From Nitrospirota bacterium (GTDB lineage Bacteria > Nitrospirota > JACRHL01), in assembly GCA_029881725.1 (NCBI GenBank), contig JAOUMB010000001.1, forward strand, positions 17,321 through 81,320: a DNA stretch of 64,000 nt, read 5' to 3'. Shown here in pieces: positions 1 to 8,969 of the stretch. Position numbers and translations under genes: made by a program. Position 1 is the stretch's first letter. Each line of letters opens with the position of its first letter. A model generated the notes under the pieces. The model was given only the letters and a program-made list of their open reading frames with translations, was not told the origin of the DNA and did not search any database.

Positions 1-128
1 GGCGAGTGTGTAGGACACTCCCGGCGCCAGCACAAACAGCAGTGCCTGATACAACAAAAATGTGGCGATGGTGTTGGCCGCTCCCAGCAACACAAATCGG
101 GCGCCCTGGCCCGCAGTTTCCCGGTGTC

Positions 129-1079
129 TCACGAGCCGCTGTCGACCAGACGCTGGAACGTGGCGTAATCGCGCACGTAGTCCGCCTCATCGTAAGGTAG
201 GGACGCCAGCACCATCAACACCGCGTCACGGGTGAACTTGTATTGAATGCCCCACACCCGGGGAGGAATGTACACCCCCGCGTTTGGACTGGTAAGGCGC
301 ACCTCCCGCGAGTAGCTGCCGTCGTCCACCACCACGCTCAGTTCACCGCGCATGGCCAGCAGAAACTGGTGACACTCCAGATGCGCGTGCTCGCCACGTA
401 CCCGGTCGTTGGGCACGTCATATACCATGAACATGCGCTGCGGCATGAACGGCAACAGGGTGTTGAAATCCGCCACTCCCAGGCTGCCGCGCAGGTCGCG
501 GAACTGGGGCAGGTGGATCAGCACGCTGTCACCCACCCCCAGGGATTCCCGGTTACCGACCCGCTCAGGTGCGGAGGGGACCGCGCCACGGGCGCTGTCC
601 GCCGGGGAGTGGGCCGCATCCACATAGCTATTGATGCGTGCGGGATTGCCATACACAATGGCCTTGGGCGGCACATTGCGGGTCACCACCGCCCCGGCGC
701 CCACCATGGCACCCGCGCCAATGGTGATGCCCGGCAGAATGGTGGCACCGCCGCCGATGGACGCCCCCGCCTCCACCACGGTTTCGGCAAAGCGCTCCGG
801 ATACTGGCGGGAGCGGGGGAAGCGGTCGTTGGTGAAGGTCACGTTGGGGCCGACGAACACGTCGTTCCCCAGCCGCACGCCGTTCCACAACTGCACCCCG
901 CACTTGACCGTCACCCGGTCCCCCACCCGCACATCGTTCTCGACAAACACGTGGTCGCAGAGGTTGCAGTCCTCCCCGATCACCGCCCCCGGAAGCACGT
1001 GGGCGAACGCCCAGATGCGGGTGCCGCGACCGACGGATTCGGATTCACACAGGGCCTGGGGATGAAGAAATACGCTCAT
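129..1079 (-). CDS. Bifunctional sugar-nucleotide enzyme: N-terminal left-handed beta-helix (hexapeptide-repeat) N-acetyltransferase fused to a C-terminal FdtA/WxcM-like cupin dTDP-4-keto-6-deoxyhexose 3,4-ketoisomerase
   Basis: 316-aa ORF. N-terminal half has hexapeptide-type repeats (IGEDCNLCDHVFVENDVRVGDRVTVKCGVQLWNGVRLGNDVFVGPNVTF, GAGAMVGAGAVVTRNVP). C-terminal half (FRDLRGSLGVADFNTLLPFMPQRMFMVYDVPNDRVRGEHAHLECHQFLLAMRGELSVVVDDG) resembles the FdtA/WxcM cupin ketoisomerase fold. Adjacent to an aminotransferase and a GT2 in the same orientation. Confidence 0.7.
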   Translation of the reverse strand: MSVFLHPQALCESESVGRGTRIWAFAHVLPGAVIGEDCNLCDHVFVENDVRVGDRVTVKCGVQLWNGVRLGNDVFVGPNVTFTNDRFPRSRQYPERFAETVVEAGASIGGGATILPGITIGAGAMVGAGAVVTRNVPPKAIVYGNPARINSYVDAAHSPADSARGAVPSAPERVGNRESLGVGDSVLIHLPQFRDLRGSLGVADFNTLLPFMPQRMFMVYDVPNDRVRGEHAHLECHQFLLAMRGELSVVVDDGSYSREVRLTSPNAGVYIPPRVWGIQYKFTRDAVLMVLASLPYDEADYVRDYATFQRLVDSGS

Positions 1080-1086
1080 GGCAGGG

Positions 1087-2061
1087 TCACTCGGAATCGC
1101 GGGCCGGGTAGGTGGCGCTGAGGGCCACCAGACTTTGTGGACGGCGGCGGGTGTTTTCGGCGATGCGCCACAGGTAGCACCCGATAAAGCCCTGGGTGAA
1201 CAGAAGGGTGAAGCCGACGAACAGGATCACCAGCATGATCGGCGTATAGCCCGGGACCTCGATCACCCCCAGCAGCCACGACAGGTAAATCACCACCGCC
1301 AGCACCAGAGTCACAACACACCCGATGGTACCCACCCACAGCAGCGCCAGAATCGGGAAATCCGAAAACGAAAAAATGCTGTCCAGCATGTACTGGAAGC
1401 GTTTGCCGAAACTCCACGCGCTCTTGCCGTGTTCCCGCTCCCGTCGACGGTACGGGACGAAGGCGCGCCGGTACCCAACCCAGAACAGTTGGGCCACCAG
1501 CGAACTGTTGGTCTCCTCGATCTGAAGCAATGCCCCGCGCACCTGCTCATTGCAGGCAAACACATCCACCCCGCCCGCCGGCACGTCGCGGATCACCAGC
1601 TTGCGGTAGACATACCAGAAGGCGCTGGATAAGGATTTGGTGAACCACCCGTCAGCACGGCCGGTGCGACGGCCGAACGCCACGTCAGCCTCACCCGCAC
1701 GCAGGATGCGGAAAAACTCAGTGATCAGTTCCGGCGGCTCCTGAAGATCGGCGGCCAGCACTGCAAAAAAGCGCCCGCGCGCCAGCTCCAGACCGGTACG
1801 AATGGCCGGAAAAGCACCGAAGTTGCGCGATAGCCCCACCAGTTGCGACTGGAAGGGCATGGCTGGAAGGCGTTCCGCCAGCATGGTATATGAATTGTCC
1901 GGTGAGCCGTCCACCACGAACACCACCTCGAAACCCGTACCAATCTCCCCCGCCAGCGCAATGAGGGCCTCCAGCAGGGAGGGGATGTTTTCCTCGTTGC
2001 GGTACACAGGGATCACCAACGAACAATTGATGCCGTCCGCCGTGGCACCCGCTTTCTGCAT
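1087..2061 (-). CDS. GT2 polyprenyl-phosphate glycosyltransferase (GtrB/ArnC/WxcL-like) with two C-terminal TM helices
   Basis: Start set at internal ATG (MQKAGATADGINCSLVIPVYRNEENI...); the track ORF extends upstream into a low-complexity Arg/Gly region. GT-A motifs (VIPVYNE, VVFVVDGSPD, DLQ) and a C-terminal hydrophobic tail typical of Und-P glycosyltransferases. 8-bp gap to the upstream aminotransferase and 7 bp to the downstream bifunctional gene. Confidence 0.75.
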   Translation of the reverse strand: MQKAGATADGINCSLVIPVYRNEENIPSLLEALIALAGEIGTGFEVVFVVDGSPDNSYTMLAERLPAMPFQSQLVGLSRNFGAFPAIRTGLELARGRFFAVLAADLQEPPELITEFFRILRAGEADVAFGRRTGRADGWFTKSLSSAFWYVYRKLVIRDVPAGGVDVFACNEQVRGALLQIEETNSSLVAQLFWVGYRRAFVPYRRREREHGKSAWSFGKRFQYMLDSIFSFSDFPILALLWVGTIGCVVTLVLAVVIYLSWLLGVIEVPGYTPIMLVILFVGFTLLFTQGFIGCYLWRIAENTRRRPQSLVALSATYPARDSE

Positions 2062-2069
2062 TGCAGTGC

Positions 2070-3173
2070 TCACGGCGCGCCAATGGTCCCGCACACGGTG
2101 CCGATTTCCGCGTCCGTCATTTCCGCAAAACAGGGCAGGCTCAGGATCCGGCCGGTGGCGCGTGCACTGTGGGTGAGGTCGTTCCGCACATGGGTAACCG
2201 ACGCCATCATCGGCTGATCGGGATCCAGCACCGGGTAATGAATGTCGGTGGCCACGCCGTGGGCCTGCAACCGGGCGCGTACGTCGTCCCGCTGATCGAC
2301 CTGCACCACGCACAGGTGCCCGACACTCCCCGGCTGGTCGGCCCCGGCAAAGTGCCATCCGGAAGGGGCGGCATCCCGGTACCGTTCAATGATCTCGCGG
2401 CGGCGCGCATTCCAATCGTCCAGCCGTTTCAGCTTTACCCGCAGCACGGCCGCCTGCAATTCATCCAGGCGGCTGTTGCGCCCATTGGGGATGGCGCTGT
2501 GATACTTGCGGTCCCATCCATACTGTTTAAAGGCCTTCACGGCCTCCGCGTGCGCCTCCGACTGACATACCACCGCCCCTCCGTCGCCCAGAGCGCCCAA
2601 GTTCTTGGTGGGATAAAAGCTGAAAGTGGCCAATTCTCCCATGGAACCGGCGCGGCAATCATCCAGACGCGCGCCGTGGGCCTGGGCACAGTCTTCCAGA
2701 ATCAGCACGCCCGGGTGCCCGGCGGCATCCAGCCGGCTCCGCAGTTGCGGCACGTCCACCACCGAACCGTACAGATGGGTAGCCACCACCACACGGGTGT
2801 TCGGCCCCACGGCATCAAGCGCCGCTTCAATGCTCATCAGCAGAGTGTCCGGACTCACATCCACATACACTGGCCGGGCACCAACCAGATTGCATGCAAC
2901 GGTGGTATATCCGCCCGCATTGGCCACGGTAATCACTTCGCTGTCCGGGCCACACCCGGCCACCCGCAGGGCAATTTCCAGAGCGTCGGTGCCGTTGGCC
3001 ACACTCACGCAGTGGGCGACACCCAGGTAATGGGCAAAGTCTGCCTCAAAGCCGGAGGTCTCCGAACCCAGCAGGTACCAGCCACTCTCCAGCACGCGCT
3101 GCACCGCCGTGTCGATCCCGGCTTTCAGATCTGAATACTGCCGACCCGGCGCATTGAAGGGAATTTTATTCAT
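2070..3173 (-). CDS. DegT/DnrJ/EryC1/StrS-family sugar aminotransferase (dTDP-3-keto-6-deoxyhexose 3-aminotransferase-like, WxcK/FdtB/QdtB-type)
   Basis: Start set at MNKIPFNAPGRQYSDL. PLP aminotransferase motifs (GWYLLGSETSGFEADFA, SFYPTKNLGALGDGGAVV, LPCF). First gene of a three-gene minus-strand cluster. Confidence 0.8.
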   Translation of the reverse strand: MNKIPFNAPGRQYSDLKAGIDTAVQRVLESGWYLLGSETSGFEADFAHYLGVAHCVSVANGTDALEIALRVAGCGPDSEVITVANAGGYTTVACNLVGARPVYVDVSPDTLLMSIEAALDAVGPNTRVVVATHLYGSVVDVPQLRSRLDAAGHPGVLILEDCAQAHGARLDDCRAGSMGELATFSFYPTKNLGALGDGGAVVCQSEAHAEAVKAFKQYGWDRKYHSAIPNGRNSRLDELQAAVLRVKLKRLDDWNARRREIIERYRDAAPSGWHFAGADQPGSVGHLCVVQVDQRDDVRARLQAHGVATDIHYPVLDPDQPMMASVTHVRNDLTHSARATGRILSLPCFAEMTDAEIGTVCGTIGAP

Positions 3174-3452
3174 GTGCAGGTGAATTTTTTTGATTGAGCA
3201 CAACCGTTTGGTTTGCCTTGTCGGTCGTAACCAGATTCGAGTTGAGCCACCGGATTTTCCCGCACACGAGAGACAAAAGCACTTGAAACCATATCCCCAG
3301 CGCCACTACCCTCCCATTACCCGACGGCGGATATCCTGCTGCCGCGCATTCTACGTTTTTCTCCTGCCCCTCACAAGGAACAGGCTACCCACCCCCTCCG
3401 GCGAACACTGTCACTACCCATTAGCCTCCGGGGCATCTTTGGCAACTCCCCC

Positions 3453-5258
3453 ATGCTCACAACGATCTCATACATAATCCTGTCCACAAGGGCACCGTTT
3501 TATCTGTTTTTCACTTCCCTTTTAACACTCCTTTTTATTACCTACCTCCACCCTTCCGAAGCGTTTTATGATGTCCACGATTATCTGGATGCGTTTTTTG
3601 TCTTCCTGGCCCAACGGGCGGAAATTCCGGATTTGTTCTGGAATCTGAATGCCCGAATGGAACGTCCGCTGGGGGGGATTTCTCTGAATGCGGTCGGGAT
3701 AAACGACTTTGGAATCGGCCAGAACCTGTTTTTATGGTTCGACCCTTTCACCGCGCAGGCCATTGCGGAACTGACCTCACGTGTGATCGGATTTGTCGGC
3801 ACGTTCCTGTTTGTCAGCAGGCATGTGATCCCTCCGCATGCCCGTTCGGGATCAGTATTTATCGCATCCCTCAGCGCTCTCATGTTTGCCATTGCGCCCC
3901 ACTACCCGGCTTTTTATGCAACCGTCACAATGGTGCCTCTGCTCGCATTCGCGGTAGCCAATATCTGGTCCGGAAAGCATCGCCAGACGGACTTTGCCAT
4001 CATTGGTGCATACCCGTTTTTTTCCTACTTTATATTTGGCGGTTTTGCCGTCACCGGAGTGCTTCTTTGGGTCGCAACAATCGCCTTCGTACTGCGCAAC
4101 AAATCAGCACTGATACTGGCACTTACCGGACTTTATCTTCTGCTGGCATACTGTTTGATGGAATACCGCCTGATTGTCGACCTTCTTTTCTCCACAACCC
4201 CTTCGATCCGTTCCGAGTTTATCCACCCGGAGTATTCGGGACTGCCCGCGATCCTGTCGTCGGCATGGGGCGTATTTCTGCACGGGCAACGCCATTTCAA
4301 AGGGGTTCTTTACGGATTCTCGGCGTACTTCGTCTACACCACATCTATCTTTTTTTTCGCTGCCGCCCTGGCACGGCGGTACGGGGTGCGTTTTCTCCCC
4401 GAGCTTCCCAGTCGATCACTTCTCTGGGCTATCCTCTCCATCGGATTGGCCGCACTTTGTTCCATCGTTTACGCGATGGATAACAACGGTCTTTTCAACC
4501 TCAAATACGACATCGGTCTTCCGTTTCAGTTCAACCGCATCATCGTATGGGTGCCTTTCCTCTGGGCGGTTGCTTTTGCGTCCACGCTCTCCTTGGCTAC
4601 TAGCTGGTTTCCCGGGATTCGTGTTCTCCTGCTGGTTGGAATTGCGGTTCTTTCGCTACAGGGAACCTGGGCTCATATCGACGGAATCCATCCCAAGCTC
4701 GGACTGCTCTCCTGCCGCATGTCGGGTAACGGTGAGTGCTCCAAATGGCTCGACCCCATGCGCCCCGCAGCGCAGGTTTCCATTCGCGCCTATTTCCGGC
4801 AGAAAACCTATGAAAAACTGGCTGGAGCCATTGGAAAACCACAGGACCAGTACCGGGTAGTAAGCGTTGGACTCAGCCCAATGACCGCAGTTTTTAACGG
4901 GTTCTTCACGCTTGATGGATACCTAACCAACTATCCCCTTTCCCATAAGGCGGCCTTTCGCAAAATCATTTCCGGTGAGTTGGAAAAGGATGATCGCTTG
5001 ATGCGGTATTTCGACACGTGGGGCGGTCGCGCACGTTTGTTTATTGCAGATCCTGATTCCTGGGCCGGTTTTCGGTCCATTCAACGACCGAACGCCGGAC
5101 CGGTAGACCTGGCCATCGATACCTGCCAGATTTGGTTCATGGGGGGGGAATATATATTTTCCCGTTACCTTTTGGTCAATGCGGAAGAGCTGAACCTTGA
5201 CCTCAAGGGGATCCTCGATGACATTTTTCTGTACGAGATACGCCCGGATTCGTGCTGA
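3453..5258 (+). CDS. Polytopic integral membrane protein (about 11-13 predicted TM segments plus a roughly 200-aa C-terminal soluble domain); candidate GT-C-fold (ArnT/GtrC/YfhO-like) periplasmic glycosyltransferase
   Basis: 601-aa ORF with many hydrophobic segments followed by a hydrophilic C-terminus. Markedly lower GC and AT-rich codons compared with its neighbours. Divergent from the aminotransferase-GT2-isomerase/acetyltransferase cluster. The GT-C assignment is by architecture and context only. Confidence 0.5.
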   Translation: MLTTISYIILSTRAPFYLFFTSLLTLLFITYLHPSEAFYDVHDYLDAFFVFLAQRAEIPDLFWNLNARMERPLGGISLNAVGINDFGIGQNLFLWFDPFTAQAIAELTSRVIGFVGTFLFVSRHVIPPHARSGSVFIASLSALMFAIAPHYPAFYATVTMVPLLAFAVANIWSGKHRQTDFAIIGAYPFFSYFIFGGFAVTGVLLWVATIAFVLRNKSALILALTGLYLLLAYCLMEYRLIVDLLFSTTPSIRSEFIHPEYSGLPAILSSAWGVFLHGQRHFKGVLYGFSAYFVYTTSIFFFAAALARRYGVRFLPELPSRSLLWAILSIGLAALCSIVYAMDNNGLFNLKYDIGLPFQFNRIIVWVPFLWAVAFASTLSLATSWFPGIRVLLLVGIAVLSLQGTWAHIDGIHPKLGLLSCRMSGNGECSKWLDPMRPAAQVSIRAYFRQKTYEKLAGAIGKPQDQYRVVSVGLSPMTAVFNGFFTLDGYLTNYPLSHKAAFRKIISGELEKDDRLMRYFDTWGGRARLFIADPDSWAGFRSIQRPNAGPVDLAIDTCQIWFMGGEYIFSRYLLVNAEELNLDLKGILDDIFLYEIRPDSC

Positions 5259-6106
5259 GGAAAGTCCCCCAGGTGCCCCAAATACCCCGTACCATCCTCA
5301 TCACCGGCGCCTCCTCCGGTATTGGCCGCTGCGCGGCGCTGATGTTCCGGGACCGGGGCTGGCGGGTGTTCGCCACCGCCCGCAAGGACGAGGACCTGGA
5401 GGCGCTGGAGGCGGAAAACGTGACCCCCATCCGTCTGGAACTGGCGGACACCGCCTCGGTGCAGTCCACCGCCGCGCAGGTGCTGAACGCCACCGGCGGG
5501 CGGCTGGACGCCCTGTTCAACAACGGCGCCTACGGCCAGAGCGGCGCCATCGAGGACCTGTCCCGCAGGGCGCTGGAAGAGCAGTTCGCCACCAACCTGT
5601 TCGGCACCGTGGAACTGACCAATGCGGTGCTGCCCGCCATGCGCGCCAACGGGCACGGGCGCATCGTGATGAACAGCAGCGTGCTGGGACTGGTGTCCCT
5701 GGCCTATCGGGGGGCCTACAACGCCAGCAAATATGCCCTGGAGGGGGTTTGCGACACCCTGCGGCTGGAGCTGAAAGGCTCCGGCATCCACGTCTGTCTG
5801 GTGGAGCCGGGGCCGATCCTTTCGCGTTTCCGGGCCAACTCCTATCTGGCCTTTCAGCGCCATATCGACGCGGAGGCCAGTGTGCACCGCGATCGCTACC
5901 GGGCCATGCGCGAGCGGCTCAACACGAAGGGCGCCGCCGTGCCCTTCACCCTGCCGCCGGAAGCGGTGGTGAAAAAGGTCATCCACGCGGTGGAAAGCCG
6001 ATCCCCACGCCCGCGCTACTACGTGACCTTCCCCACCTATCTGTTCGGTTTGTTACGCCGGGTACTGTCCACCCGCATGCTGGACCGGCTGCTGGCCCGG
6101 GTCTAA
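5252..6106 (+). CDS. Short-chain dehydrogenase/reductase (SDR) family oxidoreductase
   Basis: TILITGASSGIG Rossmann motif and NASKYALEG catalytic region (YxxxK). Start is uncertain: GTG at 5252 overlaps the upstream stop; GTG at 5273 is also possible. Confidence 0.8.
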   Translation: MLRKVPQVPQIPRTILITGASSGIGRCAALMFRDRGWRVFATARKDEDLEALEAENVTPIRLELADTASVQSTAAQVLNATGGRLDALFNNGAYGQSGAIEDLSRRALEEQFATNLFGTVELTNAVLPAMRANGHGRIVMNSSVLGLVSLAYRGAYNASKYALEGVCDTLRLELKGSGIHVCLVEPGPILSRFRANSYLAFQRHIDAEASVHRDRYRAMRERLNTKGAAVPFTLPPEAVVKKVIHAVESRSPRPRYYVTFPTYLFGLLRRVLSTRMLDRLLARV

Positions 6107-6116
6107 TCGATCGGGG

Positions 6117-6277
6117 CTGAACGACCACCCCGGCGCCACCCCGCCCATCCGCAACTATGGCCGTGCGCCTGGCACTTCTCCAGAATTCCAGGTTGCCCGG
6201 GGCCAACCTCAAACGGCGCTGAACGACCACCCCGGTGTCACCCCGCCCATCCGCAACTATGGCCGTGCGCCTAGCAC
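6117..6277. repeat. Two copies of a roughly 60-bp direct repeat (6117-6176 and 6218-6277, about 4 mismatches) separated by 41 bp
   Basis: ctgaacgaccaccccggcgccaccccgcccatccgcaactatggccgtgcgcctggcact versus ctgaacgaccaccccggtgtcaccccgcccatccgcaactatggccgtgcgcctagcact. The second copy includes the stop codon and last codon of the minus-strand GGDEF gene. Confidence 0.7.
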
Positions 6278-7644
6278 TCGGCGTGGACCACGCGGTTGCG
6301 GCCTTTGGATTTGGCAACATACAGGGCCTTGTCCGCCTTGGCCACCAGCGGGTCGATGCCCGCCCCGTGATCCGGGTAGGCGGCCACCCCGGCGCTCACC
6401 GTCACCCGCAGGGCCACCTTGCCCAGGTCGGTCACCTCCCGCGCCATCCGTTCGCGAATGCGCTCCGCCACGCCGTGGGCGCCGCTCAGACCGGTGCCGG
6501 GCAGCAGCACGGCAAATTCCTCACCGCCCAGCCGCGCCGGACGGTCGATGGTACGCACCTCCTCGCGCAGCACTTCCGCCAGCAGTTTCAGCACCCGGTC
6601 GCCGGTCTGGTGGCCGTGGCGGTCGTTGACCTGCTTGAAATGGTCCAGGTCCAGGATGATCAGGCCGAACGGTTGCGTGAAGCGCTCCGCCCGCGCCAGT
6701 TCCTCCTCCACATAGCGATGGAATGCGCGCCGGTTGGGCAGGCCGGTCAGTTCGTCGTGCAGCGACAGATATTCCAGCCGCTCGTGGGTACGCGCCAGAT
6801 CCTCGCCCATGCGGTTGAAGGCCGCCGCCAGTTGCCCCAGTTCATCCTTGCGGTCCAGCGCCACCGGCACCGAAAAATCGCCAGTGGCATACCGCTCCGC
6901 CGCCTGCTGCAAGGCGCCCAACGGCAGCACGATGGAGCGGGTCAGGCTGTAGCCGATGATCGCCGCCAGCCCCAGCGCCCCCCACAGCAGCCCCATCACC
7001 ACCGACAGGTCGCGCCGCTGGGCTTCACGGGCCACCACCCACTCGTTGTGAATGCGCCCCTCGATCAATTCATACAGCCGTCCCAGAATCTGGATGGTGT
7101 GGCCGGTGTGGCGGTCGAACTTGTTCATGGTGGCGATGCGCACCGCCTGCGGCATCTCGTCCTCCCGGAACAGGCGCCGGGCGTCGTCGCGGGCGGTGCG
7201 CCATTCGGCCACCGCCACCGCCATCAGCTGCCGTTCCACCCGCAGCAGGGCATCGCGGGTTTCCTCGCGTACCTCCAGGCTCCCTTCCGGGGCCTCCATC
7301 ACCCCCTGTGGCGGCTGCTCCGGGTTGCCGCGCCGGGCATAGCGCTCGAACAGGCCGTCGATCTCCGCCGACACCCGCTCGAAGCCCTCCGGATAGACGG
7401 GGTCGGCCTCGACCAGAAAATCGTGCACCGGCTGGGCGGAGGAATACACCAGTTGTTGCAGGCGCGATACCGGCACCATGGAATCCAGCGCCCGGTTGAC
7501 GATCTGCTGGTAGGAACCGCCCACCATGCCCAGAAACAGGAACGCCCACGCGGACAGGCCGAACACGCCCAGCGCCATCACCATCAGGGTGGCAATGGCG
7601 CGCGCACGCATGGACTGCTGCAAATAGCGGAACAGGCGGATCAA
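6271..7644 (-). CDS. Membrane-anchored diguanylate cyclase (TM - periplasmic sensor region - TM - HAMP-like - GGDEF)
   Basis: Two hydrophobic segments, then a GGDEF domain with RLGGEEF active-site motif, RxxD-type region and DHFKQVNDRHGHQTGD. Start ATG overlaps the stop of the upstream histidine kinase (ATGA). Confidence 0.85.
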   Translation of the reverse strand: MIRLFRYLQQSMRARAIATLMVMALGVFGLSAWAFLFLGMVGGSYQQIVNRALDSMVPVSRLQQLVYSSAQPVHDFLVEADPVYPEGFERVSAEIDGLFERYARRGNPEQPPQGVMEAPEGSLEVREETRDALLRVERQLMAVAVAEWRTARDDARRLFREDEMPQAVRIATMNKFDRHTGHTIQILGRLYELIEGRIHNEWVVAREAQRRDLSVVMGLLWGALGLAAIIGYSLTRSIVLPLGALQQAAERYATGDFSVPVALDRKDELGQLAAAFNRMGEDLARTHERLEYLSLHDELTGLPNRRAFHRYVEEELARAERFTQPFGLIILDLDHFKQVNDRHGHQTGDRVLKLLAEVLREEVRTIDRPARLGGEEFAVLLPGTGLSGAHGVAERIRERMAREVTDLGKVALRVTVSAGVAAYPDHGAGIDPLVAKADKALYVAKSKGRNRVVHAEC

Positions 7645-8969
7645 GCAGTCGGCTCCGTCTCTCCCACCGGCGGGATGGTGACCCGCGCCAGAAAGCCGCC
7701 CAACTCCTCCGACCGGCCAAAGGTGAGGGTTCCGCCATAGGAGTCGGCCACGTCCCCCGCAATGGCCAGACCCAGCCCGTGACCGGGGGCCGCCTCGTCC
7801 AGACGCACGCCCCGGCGGGCAATGTTTTTCAGTTCCTCGTCGGGACAGCCGGGGCCGTCATCCTCCACCCGCACCTGCATGCCGGGAACCTCCTCCACGG
7901 TCAGCCGCACCCGCGCGGTTGCCCACTTGCAGGCATTGTCCAGAAGATTCCCAAATAATTCAAGGAGATCCTCCCGATCGGCCCCGCAGTCCTTGCCCTT
8001 GGGCACGCGCACGTCGATGGTGACCTCGCGCTCCCGGTGGGCGGCGGACACGGCGCGGGCCAGGGCGGTGAGTTCCCGTTCCAGATCCACCCGCTCGCCG
8101 GGGCGGGCCTGTCCGGCCAGCCGGGCACGGCCCAGTTCGCGCTCCACCAGCCCGGTGATGCGCTCCACCTGACCGACGATTTCGGCGCGCGCCCCGGCGC
8201 TGTCCAGGCCGTCGTTTTCGGTGGTCTGGCGGATCACGGAGAGGGGTGTCTTGAGGGCATGGGCCAGATTGCCCATGGCGGTGCGGGAGCGCCCCACGCG
8301 GCGCTGGAGGGAGTCCAGCAACTGGTTGAACCCGGCCACCAGCGGCACCATTTCATCCGGCACCTGTTCGGTGACCCGGGTGGCCTGTCCGCGCTCCAGC
8401 GCCTCCAGGTCCGCCCGCACCCGCTTCAGCGGCTTCAGGGTGTACCCCACGATGGCCCGCTGCAACACCACCAGAAGGCTCAAAAACCCAAGCGAGATCA
8501 ACCCCACCTGCACCTGCATGGCACGCACCGCATGGCTCACGTGGGACAGGTCCTCCCCCACCGAAATCACCACCTGCACACCGCGCCGCGTGTAGGAGCG
8601 GGTAACCACCAGCAACGGCTGCCCACGGGGTCCACGGGCGCGCTGAATGGGGTGTTTGGTGTCGGGAAATCCCTCATCCCACAGGGAGCGGGACAGAAAT
8701 TCACTGGGACCGGCCACCACCCGGAAGTAGTGGCCGGAGAACGGGCGGGAGAACACCGGCCCCACCTGCCGGAGGCCCAGCGTGACGCCTCCCAGGGGAC
8801 CGATGCGCAGGGCTCCGAGTAGCGCCTCGGCGTCGTGCTCCAGCCGCTCCACCATGCGATCTTCGTAAATGGCCGGGGCCATCAGGCCGATCACCACGAA
8901 CTGGAGTGCAAACAGCACCACCAGACTGGCGCTCAACCCCCAGCTCAGACGTGCCTTGAGCGAGTTCAC
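7641..8969 (-). CDS. Sensor histidine kinase (two TM segments, periplasmic domain, HisKA + HATPase_c)
   Basis: H-box (HALKTPLSVIRQ), N-box (GNLLDNACKWA) and G-boxes (DDGPGCPDEE, GHGLGLAIAGD). Overlaps the response regulator gene by 4 bp. Confidence 0.85.
   Translation of the reverse strand: MNSLKARLSWGLSASLVVLFALQFVVIGLMAPAIYEDRMVERLEHDAEALLGALRIGPLGGVTLGLRQVGPVFSRPFSGHYFRVVAGPSEFLSRSLWDEGFPDTKHPIQRARGPRGQPLLVVTRSYTRRGVQVVISVGEDLSHVSHAVRAMQVQVGLISLGFLSLLVVLQRAIVGYTLKPLKRVRADLEALERGQATRVTEQVPDEMVPLVAGFNQLLDSLQRRVGRSRTAMGNLAHALKTPLSVIRQTTENDGLDSAGARAEIVGQVERITGLVERELGRARLAGQARPGERVDLERELTALARAVSAAHREREVTIDVRVPKGKDCGADREDLLELFGNLLDNACKWATARVRLTVEEVPGMQVRVEDDGPGCPDEELKNIARRGVRLDEAAPGHGLGLAIAGDVADSYGGTLTFGRSEELGGFLARVTIPPVGETEPTA

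Noticed and set aside
1076-1417. 113-aa ORF considered as the missing GtrA-like flippase of the WxcKLM-like module
   Set aside because: The translation is Gly/Pro/Arg-rich with no hydrophobic helices and overlaps the 3' end of the GT2 gene; GtrA proteins are four-TM hydrophobic proteins. No flippase candidate could be supported in the window.
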